64,000 nucleotides of DNA. Source: Patescibacteria group bacterium (GTDB lineage Bacteria > Patescibacteriota > Patescibacteriia > Buchananbacterales > UBA6539). Position 1 is the first letter of the stretch, and every line of letters begins with the position of its first letter. The stretch covers positions 16,338 to 80,337 of the forward strand of contig JBAZMQ010000004.1 in NCBI GenBank assembly GCA_041649675.1. Reading direction: 5' to 3'. The position numbers and the translations under genes were made by a program. This document shows, piece by piece, positions 60,858 through 64,000 of the stretch. Below the pieces are notes generated by a model, which was not told where the DNA came from, did no database searches, and saw only the letters and a list, made by a program, of their open reading frames with translations.

Positions 60858-61957
60858 AAACGCTGCAAACGTACTGGGCGAAAGTCTCAAGCAACAAGGC
60901 TTGGCAAGGGCGCTTGTTGATCCTTGCGCTTTTTTTTGCATTAGTAGTGCTTGATGCTTTAGCAACGGGCATTATCACTCTTGCGAAGCTGAGTGCCATC
61001 TTCCTGAAACTGACCAATAGCTGGCAGGAAATTCTGACTGTGACAGCAAGTCTTTGGATCCTCTGGTTGCAGATTCTGGGCAGTTGTTTTATCGTTTGGC
61101 GCCAGAAGCAGAGCCAACGTGATAAGACCGGAGTGTCAGTTTTTGCCTTGAGGACTTGGCGCAGTTGGTGGCAAGACGCGTGGGGAGCGAATGCAATTCA
61201 AGGCCAGATTATCACTGCCTGCCTTGGGATGTCTCTAGTAATTGTTGATGCGGAAATCGGTAACACGATTAATTTTGACCAGTACAAAACTTTCTCCCAA
61301 GTTCTGGTCATATTGCCCCTGTTGCTACCGGCAGCGGGACTCTGTACCAACAGTGAGGGTTTTGGTAAGTTCGTGCTGACATTTGGCACAAGCTTAATCT
61401 TTGGGGGATATCCCGGGTTTATGATTAAGGGGCTTATTGGCTTGGGCCATGATGCCAATAACATTTCGTCTTTTTCGGTTGCTGCGGCGGCCGTGACGAT
61501 GATCGCGATGTACTGGTGCTTCTTTCAGATAGGGCACCTATCGAGATTCTTTCTCTATATGTGTACCAACATATTTCGTCCGTCTGACTTCCCGAAGTCC
61601 GCGTCCAAGGTTATCTGGATGCTAATCTTCGTCTTTCAAGGGAGCCTGGCGAGATCGGTCCTGAGCACTTACCCCGTTAGTAATTGGGAGTTGCTATTTG
61701 GGCCGCAATGGTACACCGGCGATGTTGACAAGGAGTCTCTATGGCGAAAAGTCGAAGTTGCCCTGCTTGATTTCACCGCCGACTGGAGCGAGGAACGCCG
61801 GATTTTATGGCGAACTGATCTGGATACGGCGCATCGGGACATATTGGAGTATGCGAAAGTAAACCTTCAGCAAGCTGTAAGGATTGGTGAAAGCTCTCGC
61901 CTCTATGAACAGCTCGGTGCCCTGCAGGCATTCCTTGCACCTCCCGCATCTGCGTAA
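60854..61957 (+). CDS. Hypothetical polytopic membrane protein
   Basis: SD agggaggtga, about 7 hydrophobic segments, higher GC than the flanks. Confidence 0.7.
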   Translation: MKTLQTYWAKVSSNKAWQGRLLILALFFALVVLDALATGIITLAKLSAIFLKLTNSWQEILTVTASLWILWLQILGSCFIVWRQKQSQRDKTGVSVFALRTWRSWWQDAWGANAIQGQIITACLGMSLVIVDAEIGNTINFDQYKTFSQVLVILPLLLPAAGLCTNSEGFGKFVLTFGTSLIFGGYPGFMIKGLIGLGHDANNISSFSVAAAAVTMIAMYWCFFQIGHLSRFFLYMCTNIFRPSDFPKSASKVIWMLIFVFQGSLARSVLSTYPVSNWELLFGPQWYTGDVDKESLWRKVEVALLDFTADWSEERRILWRTDLDTAHRDILEYAKVNLQQAVRIGESSRLYEQLGALQAFLAPPASA

Positions 61958-61969
61958 GTAAATTTTCGT

Positions 61970-62042
61970 GCCGCACAAACTTAAGTGTCCAAATCCAAGT
62001 GATTGGAAGAGGACCAAATAAGTTTGTGCGGCTTTTCTTTTT
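61970..62042 (+). terminator. Terminator-like long stem enclosing a structured loop
   Basis: gccgcacaaactta/taagtttgtgcggc, inner gtcc/ggac and tccaa/ttgga, then ttttcttttt. Confidence 0.7.
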
Positions 62043-62079
62043 GCTTGCAAAAATACCTTATTTATGCTATAAAACCATT

Positions 62080-63216
62080 ATGGAAAAAGCAAAAATCACT
62101 AAAGAAAAGATTTATAATTTTTTTGAACAACCGGAAAGCTTTTTAGCTAAGCTGGTGCAGCTTTTTATTTTTGCCCTGATTATATTGTCGATAGTTTTGA
62201 TTGTTGTTGAATTTTTTTACGTCCAGACTTTTGAAAAGTATAAAACTTTGATTTATATTGCGGATTATTTTATTTTAGCGGTTTTTACCGTTGAGTATGT
62301 TTTAAGAATTATCACGTCACCAAAAAAGGTAAAGTTTTTCTTTAAGCCGTTTAACCTGATTGATTTTTTGGCAGTTTTTCCAAATTATTTAGAATTGTTT
62401 TTACACCAATTCATTCCGACCAATGCCATTAGAATTTTGCGGTTAGTCAGAATATTTCGGGGCGTTAAGATGCTCAAATATGGTAGTCTTTTTAAAAAAG
62501 TTTTTCGTTATAAAAATACCATTTTGCAGTCCATCACCGGCGTTATTGTTTTCTTTATAGCCTTCAAGGGTGTAATTTGGATTTTAGAATCATACGGCTT
62601 TTGGATTTCCAATGCGGATTTGGGCGAGTTGTTCGCGATTATCGGTTTTGCCTTAGGCATTATTCTTTCCCAAAAAATCGGAGTTAGTTATGATAAGTTT
62701 ATTCAAGTGGAAGAGTCAGCCGTCAGGCTTTATGGCACTTTACAATCATTAACTTTAATTTTAAATAAAATTGAACCTGGTTTAGGTACCAGGTCATGCC
62801 AGAAATGGGCCAAGGAATTTTTAGAAATTTTGGAAGATCCGCGAGCTGATAATTATAAAATTTTTAAAGTTAATGACGAATTGCATCAAGTTATTGCTAA
62901 AATTGAAAATGTGCCCGCTGACTTAGCCGCCTTTCATGGCGATATTTGTCGCGATGCCGCTTTCTGCTTAAGTAAAAAGGTTCGTCTGACACCCAAAGCT
63001 TATGACACTTTGCTGCATCAGTCGGTTATGCTTTATCTGGCTTTAACCGCCGTATTTATTCCCGGTATTACCGGTATGATTTCGGTCATTGTCGCCACCT
63101 ATGTTTTGTACGGAATGTATAACTTAACTCAGGATTTTGATTCAATCATTGGCGGGGAATTTAATTTAATTAGTATTAACATTTCCGAACTTAAGTACTT
63201 GGCTAATAATAAATAA
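62080..63216 (+). CDS. Voltage-sensor domain (S1-S4) fused to a bestrophin-like domain
   Basis: FTVEYVLRI, NLIDFLAVFP, S4 RILRLVRIFRGVKMLK. No TVGYG pore. C-terminal half is bestrophin-like. Probably leaderless: TTGCAA-17 nt-TATAAA ends 6 nt before ATG 62080. Confidence 0.75.
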   Translation: MEKAKITKEKIYNFFEQPESFLAKLVQLFIFALIILSIVLIVVEFFYVQTFEKYKTLIYIADYFILAVFTVEYVLRIITSPKKVKFFFKPFNLIDFLAVFPNYLELFLHQFIPTNAIRILRLVRIFRGVKMLKYGSLFKKVFRYKNTILQSITGVIVFFIAFKGVIWILESYGFWISNADLGELFAIIGFALGIILSQKIGVSYDKFIQVEESAVRLYGTLQSLTLILNKIEPGLGTRSCQKWAKEFLEILEDPRADNYKIFKVNDELHQVIAKIENVPADLAAFHGDICRDAAFCLSKKVRLTPKAYDTLLHQSVMLYLALTAVFIPGITGMISVIVATYVLYGMYNLTQDFDSIIGGEFNLISINISELKYLANNK

Positions 63217-63221
63217 AAATT

Positions 63222-64000
63222 ATGAAAAAAAAGGTCTTAATTATATTTTGTGGCGGTACGATTATCATGCAGGAAGCCAAGGACGGAGCGCTGGTGGTTG
63301 ATGAAAAAGAGAAAGCGATCAAGTCCTTGATAAACTTGGAGCCAAAATTAAAAGAAATTGTCCAACTTGAAGTTCATTATCTTGACAACATTGATAGCAC
63401 TAATATGAAGCCCGAGCACTGGGATAAAATGACGGCTGTAATCGCGGAAAATTATGATAAATATGATGGCTTTGTTATTACTCATGGCACCGATACAATG
63501 GCGTATACGGCTAGTGCCCTTTCTTTTTCTCTGCAAGAAATCGGTAAGCCAGTGGTTCTAACCGGTTCACAAATTCCCGGTAGCAAAATTGAAACTGACG
63601 GTCGACGGAATTTTGTTAACGCTGTTAGCGTTGCTACTATGGATATTGCCGGGGTAATGCTTGTCTTTGATGAAGAGATTATTTTGGGTGCGCGTGCTTC
63701 TAAAGTTTCCGAATCAAAACTTGATGCATTTGAAACAATCAACTGGGATTTACTTGGTGAAATTAGAATTGATATTCGCCTAAGTGATGAGCATAAGCCC
63801 CGTCATAACCGGCCTTTAAACATAAGGAATGGTTTTGAACCGAATGTAATTGTTATTAGCATGACGCCAGGTGTCTCGGTAAAAACTCTAATGACTATTT
63901 TAGATAGTGGCATGAAAGGAATTATTCTTTCCGGTTACGGCTCGGGCAACATTGCCTATGAATATTTGGAAGTTATTGAAAAAGCGGGAGAGAAAAAAAT
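63222..64000 (+). CDS. ansA: L-asparaginase type I (3'-truncated by the window)
   Basis: Manual translation gives MKKKVLIIFCGGTI, NIDSTNM, HGTDTMAYTASALSF and PVVLTGSQIP. It is absent from the ORF track because there is no stop in the window. Confidence 0.92.
   Translation, partial: MKKKVLIIFCGGTIIMQEAKDGALVVDEKEKAIKSLINLEPKLKEIVQLEVHYLDNIDSTNMKPEHWDKMTAVIAENYDKYDGFVITHGTDTMAYTASALSFSLQEIGKPVVLTGSQIPGSKIETDGRRNFVNAVSVATMDIAGVMLVFDEEIILGARASKVSESKLDAFETINWDLLGEIRIDIRLSDEHKPRHNRPLNIRNGFEPNVIVISMTPGVSVKTLMTILDSGMKGIILSGYGSGNIAYEYLEVIEKAGEKK

Noticed and set aside
61999-62079. Upstream GTG start for the channel gene
   Set aside because: It lies within the terminator and promoter; ATG 62080 fits better.

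Overview
This is a chromosomal window of a low-GC bacterium using genetic code 11 (TGA serves as a stop). Gene content points to Patescibacteria/CPR, Parcubacteria-like (inference). In order it holds: (1) a T4SS/conjugation-like locus with a 5'-truncated giant Cys-rich protein, a VirB6/TrbL-like protein, PrgI, VirB4 and a VirB8-like protein, with metK embedded and comF following; (2) tRNA-Ser(GCT) and a nested, duplicated tRNA-Arg(GCG) locus; (3) recG, then a minus-strand block with mpg, radA, clpC, htpX and lemA; (4) a large type IV pilus cluster in which three GT-C-type glycosyltransferases lie between two duplicated major pilins; (5) ligA, a ~540-nt highly structured non-coding region, gatCA and dsbA; (6) a two-gene orphan islet, a voltage-sensor/bestrophin-like fusion and a 3'-truncated asparaginase. 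The strongest novelty candidates are the large structured ncRNA with an anticodon-less tRNA-like domain, the tRNA-within-tRNA locus, the VSD-bestrophin fusion, the pilin-flanked glycosylation cassette and a catalytically degenerate PilT. All family calls come from reading motifs by eye; no searches were run.
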